Translations under genes and position numbers: made by a program
Assembly (NCBI GenBank): GCA_001873435.1
Contig: MNZB01000004.1
Coordinates: 307,004 to 371,003, forward strand
From: Candidatus Pacebacteria bacterium CG2_30_36_39
GTDB taxonomy: Bacteria; Patescibacteriota; Microgenomatia; UBA1400; PJMF01
DNA length: 64,000 nt
Reading direction: 5' to 3'
The notes under the pieces: model-generated
Seen by the model: only the letters and a program-made list of their open reading frames with translations
What the model was told of the DNA's origin: nothing
Database searches by the model: none
In this document: positions 51,577 to 61,277 of the stretch, in pieces
Layout of the letters: each line of letters starts with the position of its first letter
How positions within the stretch are numbered: the first letter of the stretch is position 1

Positions 51577-51882
51577 ATGATGAAAATTGTTGACATGCAA
51601 GATTTCTTCACCAGGCTTGTAAAAGATGTGGAGACAGTCGAAGCGCTACGCGCTAAGATTCGTCCCATGCTTGAGGATGAAGGATCAACCGACTACGTTC
51701 AGCCAGACGTCGAAACCAATTGCACCTGCGAGCGCAATCTACGTGCTCACCTTCAGGACATTATGGACGACGACCAGATTGCCCGGCTTGCGCTGGGGCT
51801 GGAAGAAGAGAACGAAGAAGGTTGGTTGGAGGATTTGCAGGCTCAATTCCCCAACTTAAAGATCTTTGTCATCGGCCCATAG
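51577..51882 (+). CDS. Orphan acidic protein encoded in an islet of about 50% GC; likely horizontally acquired.
   Basis: 101 aa, MMKIVDMQDFFTRLVKDVETVEALRAKIRPMLEDEG.... GC content is far above the flanks, so other frames are also open. Followed by a perfect 13-bp hairpin. Confidence 0.45.
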   Translation: MMKIVDMQDFFTRLVKDVETVEALRAKIRPMLEDEGSTDYVQPDVETNCTCERNLRAHLQDIMDDDQIARLALGLEEENEEGWLEDLQAQFPNLKIFVIGP

Positions 51883-51905
51883 CCAAAAGAATCGCGCTCT
51901 AACAC

Positions 51906-51945
51906 AATGGTGCACGGCTTGCCGTGCACCATTCCTTGATTGTTT
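51906..51945 (+). terminator. Hairpin terminator after the GC-rich orphan gene.
   Basis: AAUGGUGCACGGC-UU-GCCGUGCACCAUU: a perfect 13-bp stem followed by a U-rich tract (CCUUGAUUGUUU). Confidence 0.5.
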
Positions 51946-52022
51946 AAACATTCTCATGTTAACGACTTCCGCTTTTAAAGTTTTAGAAATATATTTTACT
52001 CAAGTAATTTATCCTATAACAT

Positions 52023-52050
52023 TGACTTTTAGCTAAATATAAGCTATAAT
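52023..52050 (+). promoter_or_regulatory. Sigma-70 consensus promoter for the sortase gene. It leaves a near-leaderless transcript.
   Basis: TTGACT at 52023-28, a 16-nt spacer, then TATAAT at 52045-50. The ATG is at 52061, only about 4-5 nt after the predicted transcription start, with no Shine-Dalgarno sequence. Confidence 0.5.
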
Positions 52051-52060
52051 ACTTGATCTT

Positions 52061-52906
52061 ATGTCAAAACACATTAGTGCTAGACCAGTTACCAGATCTT
52101 TAACCTTTGCCAAGGCTTTGTTTCTTGGCGAATTAACAGGTAAAGTAGATGGCAACTTGGCTAAAAACATGTTGACTAAAAAACAACAACGTCGTCAAAA
52201 ACCAAATAAAAAACGATCTTTATTCAAAAACTTATTAAAAGGATTTTTGAATTTGATTATTGTTATTAGCTTTGGTGGATTATTGCTATGGCAAGGACCC
52301 AGCCTTCTTTATACTTTCTTTCCAAGAACTACTGAAAAACCAATAGCTCAAGCAACTGAGCTAAAAGGTGATTTTAATTTAAATTTTAACCTACTAGATG
52401 AAGCTGCTACTAAACGCAAACTTTTGCCTTCTAAGAGAAGTTATAAACCTCCATTTAATCCTAATTTACCCACAGGTAATTGGTTAATTATTCCTCGCAT
52501 TGGAGTTCGTTCAGAATTACAGCAAACCGAAAACTATGAAGAAGCTCTCAATACTGGAATTTGGTGGGTACCTGAGTTTGGTGGTCCAGGTGATCGCTCA
52601 AAACCAATGATTGTCGCTGGACATCGCTATGGCTTTGATTGGTGGTGGAAAGATGACTATTGGAAATACCATTCTTTCTATAATTTACCTGACCTAGAGC
52701 CAGGTGATAGAATCGAAATTATTGCCGATCAACGCAAGTGGGTTTATGAAATCTACGCAGGCGAAGAAGGCGAGGAAATTTCAGATTACCAAGCAGATTT
52801 AATTCTTTATACCTGCAAACACCTGGATTCTCCTATTCGCATTTTCCGTTATGCTAAACTGGTAGAGATTGAAGGAGAAAGTGCTTTAGGTGTACTTTCT
52901 GAATAA
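52061..52906 (+). CDS. Sortase-family transpeptidase.
   Basis: 281 aa. N-terminal TM. Catalytic His MIVAGHRYG, Cys in LILYTCKH (TLxTC-like), Arg in RIFRYAKLV. Confidence 0.7.
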   Translation: MSKHISARPVTRSLTFAKALFLGELTGKVDGNLAKNMLTKKQQRRQKPNKKRSLFKNLLKGFLNLIIVISFGGLLLWQGPSLLYTFFPRTTEKPIAQATELKGDFNLNFNLLDEAATKRKLLPSKRSYKPPFNPNLPTGNWLIIPRIGVRSELQQTENYEEALNTGIWWVPEFGGPGDRSKPMIVAGHRYGFDWWWKDDYWKYHSFYNLPDLEPGDRIEIIADQRKWVYEIYAGEEGEEISDYQADLILYTCKHLDSPIRIFRYAKLVEIEGESALGVLSE

Positions 52907-53008
52907 ACCTATTTTTTGAGCATTACCAATTGCTCTTATAAATGTAAATGAATTTGTAACATTCATCATCTTTTTTGTTTTTAGATCGATGTAAAATAAC
53001 TAACTTTT

Positions 53009-53755
53009 ATGCAACATAACAACTCAGCAAAACTAGCTGCATTTGATATTGATGGAACCCTAAGCACTGGAGTCCTATCATTGGCTTTGTTGGAAGAATT
53101 AGTTAAAAGAGGTTTATTTAGCGGTCAGGTTTTACGTTTTCTTCAGGGCATAGAAAATGATTATGCTCAAGGAAAATTGGGCCGTGAAGAAATGTCAGAG
53201 TTATGGCTACAGACTTATTTAAAAGAAATGACTGGCAAGGATTCTGAGCAATATGTTCTTGCTGCTCAAAAAGTTTGGGAAACAGCAAAAGCCAATACTT
53301 TTTCTTTTGTAAAACCATTGCTCAATGAATTAAATAATAGTGGTTTTACTACTCTTGTAATTAGCGCCAGCCCAAAAGAAATTGTGAGTTGTTTTTGTCA
53401 GGATAACTATTTTTCTGCTGAAAGATTTCGCGCTACTTCCGTGAAAGTAGACGAGCTGGGAAAGTATAGTGGAGAAGCAGAGATTGTTCTTTCATTAGCA
53501 AAACACAAACTAGAACAACTCAATGATTTGGTTGAAAAATTATATCCAGAAAAACAAATTGATTGGGAAAATTCTTTGGCAATGGGAGATTCCTTTTCTG
53601 ATGTTGAGATGTTGAGGGCTATGGGTAAACCAATTGTTATGAAAGAAGCCAATCGTACAGAAAATGATTTAGTACGAATTGCTAAGGAAAAAGGTTGGAC
53701 AGTTGTTGATGAGAATAATGCTTTGGAAAAGATAACTGCATTGATTGCTGAATAA
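53009..53755 (+). CDS. HAD-superfamily hydrolase, subfamily IB, phosphoserine-phosphatase-like.
   Basis: 248 aa. Motif I AAFDIDGTL. Motif IV GDSFSDVEM. Confidence 0.7.
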   Translation: MQHNNSAKLAAFDIDGTLSTGVLSLALLEELVKRGLFSGQVLRFLQGIENDYAQGKLGREEMSELWLQTYLKEMTGKDSEQYVLAAQKVWETAKANTFSFVKPLLNELNNSGFTTLVISASPKEIVSCFCQDNYFSAERFRATSVKVDELGKYSGEAEIVLSLAKHKLEQLNDLVEKLYPEKQIDWENSLAMGDSFSDVEMLRAMGKPIVMKEANRTENDLVRIAKEKGWTVVDENNALEKITALIAE

Positions 53756-53760
53756 AAATT

Positions 53761-53789
53761 TTGACAAATCTGCCTTTGTTTGGCATAAT
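53761..53789 (+). promoter_or_regulatory. Sigma-70-like promoter upstream of rho, with a long 5' UTR.
   Basis: TTGACA at 53761-66, a 17-nt spacer, then CATAAT at 53784-89. A leader of about 120 nt precedes the rho ATG. Confidence 0.45.
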
Positions 53790-53913
53790 GTACGAATTCT
53801 CTTTGAGAATTATAGATATTCTCCAAAAGAAACTCTCCCAAAAACTATTTTATATGGACTGTTTATTAGATATTTTTTTGTCATAAGTAATTAAGAAAGG
53901 AAACAGAAGCTGT

Positions 53914-55290
53914 ATGCCAGCCAAAACTGTTACTACTGCGGATAAAGCTGCAGAAGAATTAAAGGTAAAACCTAGCGAAGTTGCTAGTGAACCAACCATC
54001 ACCGAAGAGGCTGATGTAGAAAAATCAGAAGCTCCAGAAGTTTCGAATAATAATTTCAGTAGAACTGAAGAAAACAGAAACCAATATTCTAGAGGTAGAA
54101 TTTCTGTTTCTCCTCGTAGAACTGTGATTTCTCGTAAGCCAATCCACGAAAGAGAAGAAGACATCATAGAAACTATTACCGGTTCTTTGGATAACTCCAG
54201 AGAAGGTCATGGTATTTTGCGCGTATCTTTTTCTGAAGATGAGCGAGATACCTATATTTCCAATGCTCAAATTCGTAGATTAAAATTGAGACCTGGCGAT
54301 GTAGTCACTGGTCCTGCTAGAAAACCTAAAGAAAACGAACGTTATTGGGGTCTATTACAGGTAGATGCGGTAAACGGCAAAACTGTTGAAGAATTTCTTA
54401 AAGAAAATCGTCCATTTTTCAAGAATTTGACTCCGGTTTATCCAGATGAACAAATTATTCTTGAAACTGGAACAGAACCTTTGTCTTTGCGTATGATCGA
54501 TATGATCGCACCAATTGGTAAGGGTCAGAGAAGTTTAATTGTTTCTCCTCCAAAAGCTGGTAAAACCACTTTATTAAAAAACATTGCCACTGGTGTAGCT
54601 GCTAATAATCCAGAAATTCATCAAATTGCAGTTTTAGTAGGTGAGAGGCCTGAGGAAGTGACTGATATTCGTCGTCATATTGCTACCATTACTGATGGAA
54701 AAGGCGAAGTTGCTGCAAGTAACTTTGATGAGTCGGCTCAAGATCAAGTTAGAGTTGCTGAATTAGCATTGGAAAGAGCTAAACGCATGGTGGAAAGCGG
54801 TCGAGATGTAATTATCTTGCTTGATTCCATCACTCGTCTTGCTCGTGCCTATAACTTGGCAATGCCTACTTCTGGTAGAACCCTATCTGGTGGTTTTGAT
54901 CCAGCAGCCTTGTTTCCACCAAAAAAATTCTTTGGTGCAGCTCGTAACTTTGAAATTCCTGGGTCATTAACTATTATTGGTACAGCCTTGGTTGATACTG
55001 GTTCTAGAATGGATGACTTGGTTTATGAAGAATTTAAGGGTACTGGTAATCAAGAGGTGCACTTGGATCGTACGATGGCTGAGCGTCGTATCCACCCAGC
55101 TATTGATGTACAAAAATCTGGTACACGTCGCGACGATTTAATGGTCGAGCCTATGACTTATCAATCAATTATTACTTTGCATCGTATGTTGGATATGCTC
55201 AATAAAGATGACCGTACTCAAACTTTGATCGATAAGCTTAAACGCTCTAAATCAAACAAAGAGTTTTTGGCTTCATTAAAAACAGGTTAA
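53914..55290 (+). CDS. rho: Transcription termination factor Rho.
   Basis: 458 aa. Acidic N-terminal extension, CSD-like RNA-binding GILRVSFSEDERDTYISNAQIRRLKLRPGDVVTG, Walker A APIGKGQRSLIVSPPKAGKTTLL. Confidence 0.9.
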   Translation: MPAKTVTTADKAAEELKVKPSEVASEPTITEEADVEKSEAPEVSNNNFSRTEENRNQYSRGRISVSPRRTVISRKPIHEREEDIIETITGSLDNSREGHGILRVSFSEDERDTYISNAQIRRLKLRPGDVVTGPARKPKENERYWGLLQVDAVNGKTVEEFLKENRPFFKNLTPVYPDEQIILETGTEPLSLRMIDMIAPIGKGQRSLIVSPPKAGKTTLLKNIATGVAANNPEIHQIAVLVGERPEEVTDIRRHIATITDGKGEVAASNFDESAQDQVRVAELALERAKRMVESGRDVIILLDSITRLARAYNLAMPTSGRTLSGGFDPAALFPPKKFFGAARNFEIPGSLTIIGTALVDTGSRMDDLVYEEFKGTGNQEVHLDRTMAERRIHPAIDVQKSGTRRDDLMVEPMTYQSIITLHRMLDMLNKDDRTQTLIDKLKRSKSNKEFLASLKTG

Positions 55291-55409
55291 TAAAAAGATA
55301 AAAAAAGAAAATCCTCATTCTCTTTAAGAGTGAGGATTTTTTTATGGACTTAAGCAAACTATTAGATCATTTTATTGTCTGGTAGAATGAATGGTAACTT
55401 AATCGAATT

Positions 55410-56537
55410 ATGCAGGAAAAAAAGATCAGCTTTCGTGAACGATTAATAGTCAAGGATATCCAAGACTACTTTCTTTTTTTGCGTGCCTATGTCAAGTATC
55501 GAGGTTATGGTTGGTTTTCTCGTTTTGAAGGAGGAAAAGACTTCTTAGTTGACTTGCTTTATAAAAAACGCGGTCGTTACGCTCGACCATTTTTGCATTT
55601 TGGCACTATTGGCCTGGTATTTTTATTGATTACTGTAGGTCCAGTTATTCTTAATGACGCAGAAAAACAGCAAGCAGGAAATATTGGTCCTATTCTAAGC
55701 ACTGCTACTGCTTATGCTCCTGATTTTTATACCCTTCAAGCAGAAGAAGTTCGTCAATATCGTGGTGGTGAAATCATTGACCACATAGTTTCTGATGGAG
55801 AAACTCTTTCTAGCATTGCTCAGCGCTACGGCTTACAAGTTAGTACTATTCTTTGGGAAAATAATTTAACTGAAAAATCTAAAATTAAAGCTGGTGATGA
55901 GCTAAGAATCTTACCAGTTGATGGAATAAGGCATAAAGTTGCTAGAGGTGAAACAATTTATTCCATAGGTAGAAAATATGGTTTAGAAGACTCTCAATTG
56001 CAGGTAATCGTTGACTATCCTTTTAATGAATTTCTTAATGATGAAGATTTTGATGTAGTAGCCGGTCAGTATCTTATGGTTCCAAATGGAGTTATGCCAA
56101 GAGCAATTGCCTCAGGAACTACCAATGCTACTCGCTATGGTGTTTTAACACCTGACGCTGGTAGTGTTTCTGCATCTGGATCATTTATTTGGCCAGCATC
56201 TGGTAGAATCACCCAGGGTTATAGTTTTTACCATAAAGCATTTGATATCGCAAATAAAGCAGGAGGACAAATTTTGGCTACTGATGCTGGAGTTGTCACT
56301 GTGGCAGGTTGGCTTGATAACACTGGATATGGCAATCGTGTCATGATAGATCATGGCAATGGCTTTGTTACCCTCTATGCCCACATGAGCGTTATTCAAG
56401 TTAAGGCCGGCCAAAGAGTAAAGCGCGGAGATGTTTTGGGTCAAATGGGAAATACTGGTAGATCAACTGGTACTCATTTACATTTTGAAATTCGTCAGGG
56501 TGGAGCTTTATTGAACCCAAGTAATTATCTTAGATAA
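55410..56537 (+). CDS. LysM-domain M23 peptidoglycan endopeptidase.
   Basis: 375 aa. N-terminal TM. Two LysM repeats (GETLSSIAQRYGL..., GETIYSIGRKYGL...). C-terminal M23 HAKAFDI...GNTGRSTGTHLHFEI. Confidence 0.85.
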   Translation: MQEKKISFRERLIVKDIQDYFLFLRAYVKYRGYGWFSRFEGGKDFLVDLLYKKRGRYARPFLHFGTIGLVFLLITVGPVILNDAEKQQAGNIGPILSTATAYAPDFYTLQAEEVRQYRGGEIIDHIVSDGETLSSIAQRYGLQVSTILWENNLTEKSKIKAGDELRILPVDGIRHKVARGETIYSIGRKYGLEDSQLQVIVDYPFNEFLNDEDFDVVAGQYLMVPNGVMPRAIASGTTNATRYGVLTPDAGSVSASGSFIWPASGRITQGYSFYHKAFDIANKAGGQILATDAGVVTVAGWLDNTGYGNRVMIDHGNGFVTLYAHMSVIQVKAGQRVKRGDVLGQMGNTGRSTGTHLHFEIRQGGALLNPSNYLR

Positions 56538-56581
56538 AATACATAAATTAATTACGAAAATAATTTTGTAAGACAGGAAAA

Positions 56582-57757
56582 ATGATAGATTTAGTCAAAT
56601 TAACTTTAATAGCAGGAGATGGTGGACACGGACGCATCTCTTTTCGTCATGAGAAATATGCTCCAAAAGGTGGTCCGGATGGAGGTCATGGTGGTGATGG
56701 TGGCAATATTGTTTTGCGTGCATCTGGGCATTTTAATACTCTAAAACATTACATGGGCAAAAAGGAGATTACTGCGGGTGTTGGTGAAACTGGTGGTCGT
56801 CGTCAAAAAACAGGTGAAAGAGGTGAGGACATAATTTTGGAAGTACCGCTAGGCACTGTTGTTTTTTTGGAAAATGAAAATCACCAGGGTCTTATTCGCA
56901 GAAAAAAATATGGCGTTAGTCATTTGCTCAATAGAAATGAAATTGAATTTGATAAATATTTTACTGAAAAAGAAGGACAAGGAATTCCTTTTAGAGATGC
57001 AGACAGTCTACTGGGTCTAGATGAGGGAAAATTAGAGTTAGTTACTTTTACCGAAGCTGGTCAAGAAGTTGTAATTTGCCAAGGAGGTTTTGGTGGCAGA
57101 GGAAATACTTCTTTCAAAGGTTCTACTAATACCACTCCATTAGAGGCAGAATATGGAACTTTTGGTGAAAAGAAGGTAATTACCCTAGAGTTGAAGTTAT
57201 TGGCTGATATTGGCCTGGTAGGTTACCCCAACGCAGGTAAAAGTACTTTGCTTTCGAAAATTACTAAGGCAAATCCTAAAACAGCCAATTATCCCTTTAC
57301 AACAATTGAACCAAATCTAGGTGTTTTGAGCTTAGCTGATGGTAGAGATGTTGTGGTTGCTGATATTCCAGGTTTAATAGAAGGGGCTAGCGAAGGCAAG
57401 GGTCTGGGTTTGGATTTTTTACGTCATATTGAAAATAGTAAAATGTTGCTTTTTATTTTGTTCTTACCAGAAGAAGTGGTTTCAGATACCAATTTGAGTG
57501 ATGAAGAAAAAGCGGATCAAGTTTGGAATCAATATCAAGCTTTGCGTCAGGAGCTAAAACAGTATCACCCAGCTTTACTTGAAAAACCATTTTTGGTTAG
57601 TTTAAATAAGATTGATATTTATAGCGATGAGCTTCGTCAGGCTATTGTTAATAAATTTGTCAAAGAAAAACAAACCTTACAGATTTTCAGTGGTTTTACT
57701 GGTGATGGATTAAGTGAAATTAAACAACAGATTGCTGATTTGGTTTTTGTTAAATAA
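56582..57757 (+). CDS. obg: GTPase Obg/CgtA.
   Basis: Obg-fold N-terminal Gly-rich GDGGHGRISFRHEKYAPKGGPDGGHGGDGG. G1 GYPNAGKST. 391 aa. Confidence 0.9.
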   Translation: MIDLVKLTLIAGDGGHGRISFRHEKYAPKGGPDGGHGGDGGNIVLRASGHFNTLKHYMGKKEITAGVGETGGRRQKTGERGEDIILEVPLGTVVFLENENHQGLIRRKKYGVSHLLNRNEIEFDKYFTEKEGQGIPFRDADSLLGLDEGKLELVTFTEAGQEVVICQGGFGGRGNTSFKGSTNTTPLEAEYGTFGEKKVITLELKLLADIGLVGYPNAGKSTLLSKITKANPKTANYPFTTIEPNLGVLSLADGRDVVVADIPGLIEGASEGKGLGLDFLRHIENSKMLLFILFLPEEVVSDTNLSDEEKADQVWNQYQALRQELKQYHPALLEKPFLVSLNKIDIYSDELRQAIVNKFVKEKQTLQIFSGFTGDGLSEIKQQIADLVFVK

Positions 57758-57780
57758 TTAGTAATTAAAACTGTGTAAAT

Positions 57781-57808
57781 AAAAACCCCACCATATGGTG
57801 GGGTTTTT
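57781..57808. terminator. Bidirectional rho-independent terminator between convergent genes.
   Basis: AAAAACCCCACC-AUAU-GGUGGGGUUUUU: a perfect 8-bp GC-rich stem flanked by an A-run and a U-run. Confidence 0.75.
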
Positions 57809-57828
57809 AGGTTCTTTGTAATTTTTAA

Positions 57829-59889
57829 TTACTGCACAATGGCTGGATCTAACGGAGCATCTAATCCTGGATTTAAGATATCAGCTTCTTGCTGTTGTAC
57901 GTTCTGCTGAGTAATTCCTGGTTGTTGAGTGCCAGTTGGAGCAGGTGGTACTTCAGGAGCTGTGGTTGTCTCTTGAGTGCCAGTTGGGTTAGATTTAATG
58001 ACCTCTTCCAATTGAGCGAGTTGTTGGCTCAAAGTAATGTAATCACTTGAGTCATTCTCTAGCAATAGTAATGCTCTTTGCCATGCCTTTTTAGTATCTT
58101 CTGGCTGGTTCATCTGTTGGAAAGCCAAGCCTAGGTGATAATAAGCGGCAGCCATGTCAGGTTTCAATTCAGCTGCTTGAGCAAAGAAAGTTAGAGCATC
58201 TTGTGACTTTTTGTCGGCCAAAGCAAGTCTTCCAATCTCTAAACGTAAGTTAGGGTTAATTGGATTGACTTGCACTGCGCTTACCAAGCTACTGACTGCC
58301 CAGTTACTAGCTTCAGCTGAAGTACCAATTAAGTTGCGGTAGATTTCAGCTAGAGTGGTCCAGTTGTCTACATCAGCTGGATCAAGTAAGGTAGCAGCCT
58401 TGCCGTCTCTAATTGCTTGGCTGACTAATTGAATAGCTTGTTGCTTTTCTTCTTCAGTGATATCTGCATTATTTGAAAGTGCGATGGCAATTTGAAGATT
58501 GGTTAAAGCATATTCTCTACGGAAAGTATCGAGATAGCGGTTGGTAGCAACTGCTTTTCTTTGATTCTCATAGAGCTGAACAATATCTTTTTTAGCTAGA
58601 GCGTTATTAGCTCGGTACATATAGTGTTGAGCAATGTATGACATTCCCACTAAGTATGTTGTTCCCAAAGAAGCAACAGCTAATAATATGGCAGTAAGGT
58701 TCAAGAACCAATTCTTTTTGCCAAAGATACGTTGAATGAATTCAAGTTTCTTTGGGAAAGATCTAACTTTCCAGGTTCTAAATTGAAGCAAGGAGAAGTG
58801 GTTTTGATTGGCAGCAACCCAGAAGACAAATAGGGCTGCTTGAATTGAGACCATAACTACGTTGGCTGGAACAGCTAGTTGAATAATATAAGTAGCCAAA
58901 AGCATCATTAGTAATGGCTTACTTTCTTTACTTGAAAGTTTGGTTTGTAAGAAAACTTTACCAACTAAGAATAACCAACTAATTAAGCCCAAAAGTCCAA
59001 CTGTGACAACTAAAGTAAGTGGTACGTCACTAGCTGAACCAAAATTAAACTGCCAGTAGGATTGGCCATTGGTCCATAGAGGTTTGAAGCGAGTGTACAT
59101 GTTTACATATGAAGCAGGTCCGTGGCCAATGATGGCGCTTTGTAATGATTCCAAGCTACGGAGCACTACTGTCCAACTTGCTTGGAATGGAGTGAGGGTG
59201 ACTGCAGCAATTTTTCCTGGCAACATTGACCAGCCAGCTAGAAGTAGGCCGAGCAAGTTAACAATGCCCAACCCAAGATCTGTCGTGGTTAGGTTTTTCT
59301 TATTAAGTACACCAGCAACTATGCCAACTAGGGCAATTAGCATTACCTGAGCAGCTACAAAAGAGGAGCCGCTGAGGTTGAACAGCAAGCTGTGAGGCAG
59401 GTCGAATGCGGAGATGGAGTTAATTAATCTAGAAGGTCCATAGCCGAATTGTTCCAGCACCATACTGATGGCAAGTAATCCTCCAGAAATTCCCAGGAGT
59501 TTGGTAACTTTTTCAGTGTAGTTACCTTTGACCATGGAGCTACCAAAGATGCCGATTAAAGCTAGAGAGATATAGACTCCACCCATGCCCAATAGTGATT
59601 CGACTGGATATTTCTGTGAAAGAAAGCTAGAAATTAAAACTGAGCCACCAAATAAGGCCAACGGAAGAGTTAAAGGGGAGACAGCCAATTCCCATTTTTT
59701 CTTACTGAATGTTTTAATAGCAAATCCTAGGGTAACTAAAAGAGCAATTAGAAAAAGGAAAAGTGATTTGGTATCAACAATTAAGTTTCTGGTGTAAGGC
59801 ACGACTAATAGAGGGGCAATGACTAGTAAAGCTTGAAGCAGGATTGCGGTGCTACTTTGAACAAAAGAGAGGGCAGAATTGTTTTTCAT
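57829..59889 (-). CDS. Polytopic membrane protein, O-antigen-ligase/Wzy_C-like, with C-terminal TPR repeats.
   Basis: 686 aa. About 10 TM helices in the N-terminal 400 aa. TPR-like repeats (AAYYHLGLAFQQMNQPEDTKKAWQRALLL). Pro/Thr/Gln-rich tail. Confidence 0.45.
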   Translation of the reverse strand: MKNNSALSFVQSSTAILLQALLVIAPLLVVPYTRNLIVDTKSLFLFLIALLVTLGFAIKTFSKKKWELAVSPLTLPLALFGGSVLISSFLSQKYPVESLLGMGGVYISLALIGIFGSSMVKGNYTEKVTKLLGISGGLLAISMVLEQFGYGPSRLINSISAFDLPHSLLFNLSGSSFVAAQVMLIALVGIVAGVLNKKNLTTTDLGLGIVNLLGLLLAGWSMLPGKIAAVTLTPFQASWTVVLRSLESLQSAIIGHGPASYVNMYTRFKPLWTNGQSYWQFNFGSASDVPLTLVVTVGLLGLISWLFLVGKVFLQTKLSSKESKPLLMMLLATYIIQLAVPANVVMVSIQAALFVFWVAANQNHFSLLQFRTWKVRSFPKKLEFIQRIFGKKNWFLNLTAILLAVASLGTTYLVGMSYIAQHYMYRANNALAKKDIVQLYENQRKAVATNRYLDTFRREYALTNLQIAIALSNNADITEEEKQQAIQLVSQAIRDGKAATLLDPADVDNWTTLAEIYRNLIGTSAEASNWAVSSLVSAVQVNPINPNLRLEIGRLALADKKSQDALTFFAQAAELKPDMAAAYYHLGLAFQQMNQPEDTKKAWQRALLLLENDSSDYITLSQQLAQLEEVIKSNPTGTQETTTAPEVPPAPTGTQQPGITQQNVQQQEADILNPGLDAPLDPAIVQ

Positions 59890-59972
59890 ATGTACTTCCA
59901 GTATAGTTACTTCTTGGTACTAAGAGTAGTAGAAAAATGCTTTTGAAGAAAGGGGAACTTTTCCCGAAATAA

Positions 59973-60725
59973 ATGTCATTTTCCTGGCTAAAAAAATCAA
60001 AAAATATCAGTCGGCATCGCTTTGATACAAAGGGTGTTAGTGGTATGTCGATGATTGAGATTTTAATCGTAGTTACGATCATTGGAATTTTATCTATTGC
60101 TCTATTTGTTGGTTACAATCGTCAGATTAGTAGAGCAAGAGATGCCCAACGCAAAGATGATTTAGAAGATTTAAGAATAGCTTTTGAAGACTACTATAAT
60201 GATAACGAGTGTTATCCAGATTTAACGATGTTGAATAATTGTGGTGGCGCTGATTTACAGCCATATCTTAAAGAGATTCCCTGTGATCCTCAAGATGAAT
60301 TGCCGTATTTAGGCTTTTCATTTGAAGGTGATTGGTGCGCTGGATATCGAGTTTTAGCTCAACTAGAAAATCTTAATGACCCAAGTATTGAGGATGTGGG
60401 TTGCGACCAAGTAAATGGTTGCTACTATCAAGACACTAGTTACAACTATGCCATTGCCATGGGTGCACCGATGACTGCTGGTTGGAATCAGGTTGCTGGT
60501 CCAACACCTTTGCCAACAGCAACTTCTGCACCAACTCCGACTTTAGAACCAGGGTCATGGGTAATTGCTCCCGATGGTACTTGTGATCATTATACTTTTG
60601 CTTATTTACCAACAGCTGGGTGTCCTGATACTTATAATTCTTATGATGAGTGTTTTGTGATCAGCGGTTGTACTGGCAGCTGTACAGAAGATGATGTTCC
60701 ATTAGCTATACGTTGTGCTCGTTAG
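59973..60725 (+). CDS. Type IV pilin / pseudopilin-like protein with a class III signal.
   Basis: ...KGVSG|MSMIEILIVVTIIGILSIALFVGY: Gly at -1 and Glu at +5. The true start may be a downstream GTG or ATG at about 60036-60045. Confidence 0.6.
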   Translation: MSFSWLKKSKNISRHRFDTKGVSGMSMIEILIVVTIIGILSIALFVGYNRQISRARDAQRKDDLEDLRIAFEDYYNDNECYPDLTMLNNCGGADLQPYLKEIPCDPQDELPYLGFSFEGDWCAGYRVLAQLENLNDPSIEDVGCDQVNGCYYQDTSYNYAIAMGAPMTAGWNQVAGPTPLPTATSAPTPTLEPGSWVIAPDGTCDHYTFAYLPTAGCPDTYNSYDECFVISGCTGSCTEDDVPLAIRCAR

Positions 60726-60733
60726 GATAAAAT

Positions 60734-61261
60734 ATGAATATGTTTAAGAAAAAATTAACTGGTTTCACCATGATTGAACTATTAATTGTTATGGTGATTT
60801 TGGCTTTGCTATTAGTAATTGGTTTGGGTTCTTTTACTAGTTCTCAAAGAAAATCTAGAGATTCTGCCCGCAAAACTGACTTACAAAATATTGCTAGAGC
60901 ACTTGAGCTTTATTACAACGATAAGGGTTCTTATCCTATTTATACTGGTAAGAATGGTATTGGTACACAGGATTGGGGAGAGCCTTTTGTGGATCCAGCT
61001 AATCCATCGACTCTTTATATGAATTTACTACCAGAAGATCCTGGTGGCGGAACCTACTACTACACTTCTCAGGATGGTACCAATTTTGAATTATATGCTA
61101 ATCTCGAAAATGAAAATGATGGTGACCTGAATAAGTCAGGTAGCGACATTATGGTTTATACGGGCACAGACTGTGCTATTAATACAATTTCTACTTGTAA
61201 TTATGGTATTGCTAGTACAAATATTGATCCATCTTTTGGACATGCATTGACAGTAGAATAA
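60734..61261 (+). CDS. Type IV pilin (prepilin).
   Basis: MNMFKKKLTG|FTMIELLIVMVILALL: a classic prepilin peptidase site, followed by SQRKSRDS... Confidence 0.75.
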   Translation: MNMFKKKLTGFTMIELLIVMVILALLLVIGLGSFTSSQRKSRDSARKTDLQNIARALELYYNDKGSYPIYTGKNGIGTQDWGEPFVDPANPSTLYMNLLPEDPGGGTYYYTSQDGTNFELYANLENENDGDLNKSGSDIMVYTGTDCAINTISTCNYGIASTNIDPSFGHALTVE

Positions 61262-61277
61262 TTAGTTAAAGGTTCAA

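Noticed and set aside
51626-51902. Alternative-frame ORFs (51626..51859, 51720..51902) overlapping the GC-rich orphan gene.
   Set aside because: They are by-products of elevated GC content. The 51577..51882 frame has the ATG closest to the promoter and operator cluster and a clean stop before the terminator hairpin.
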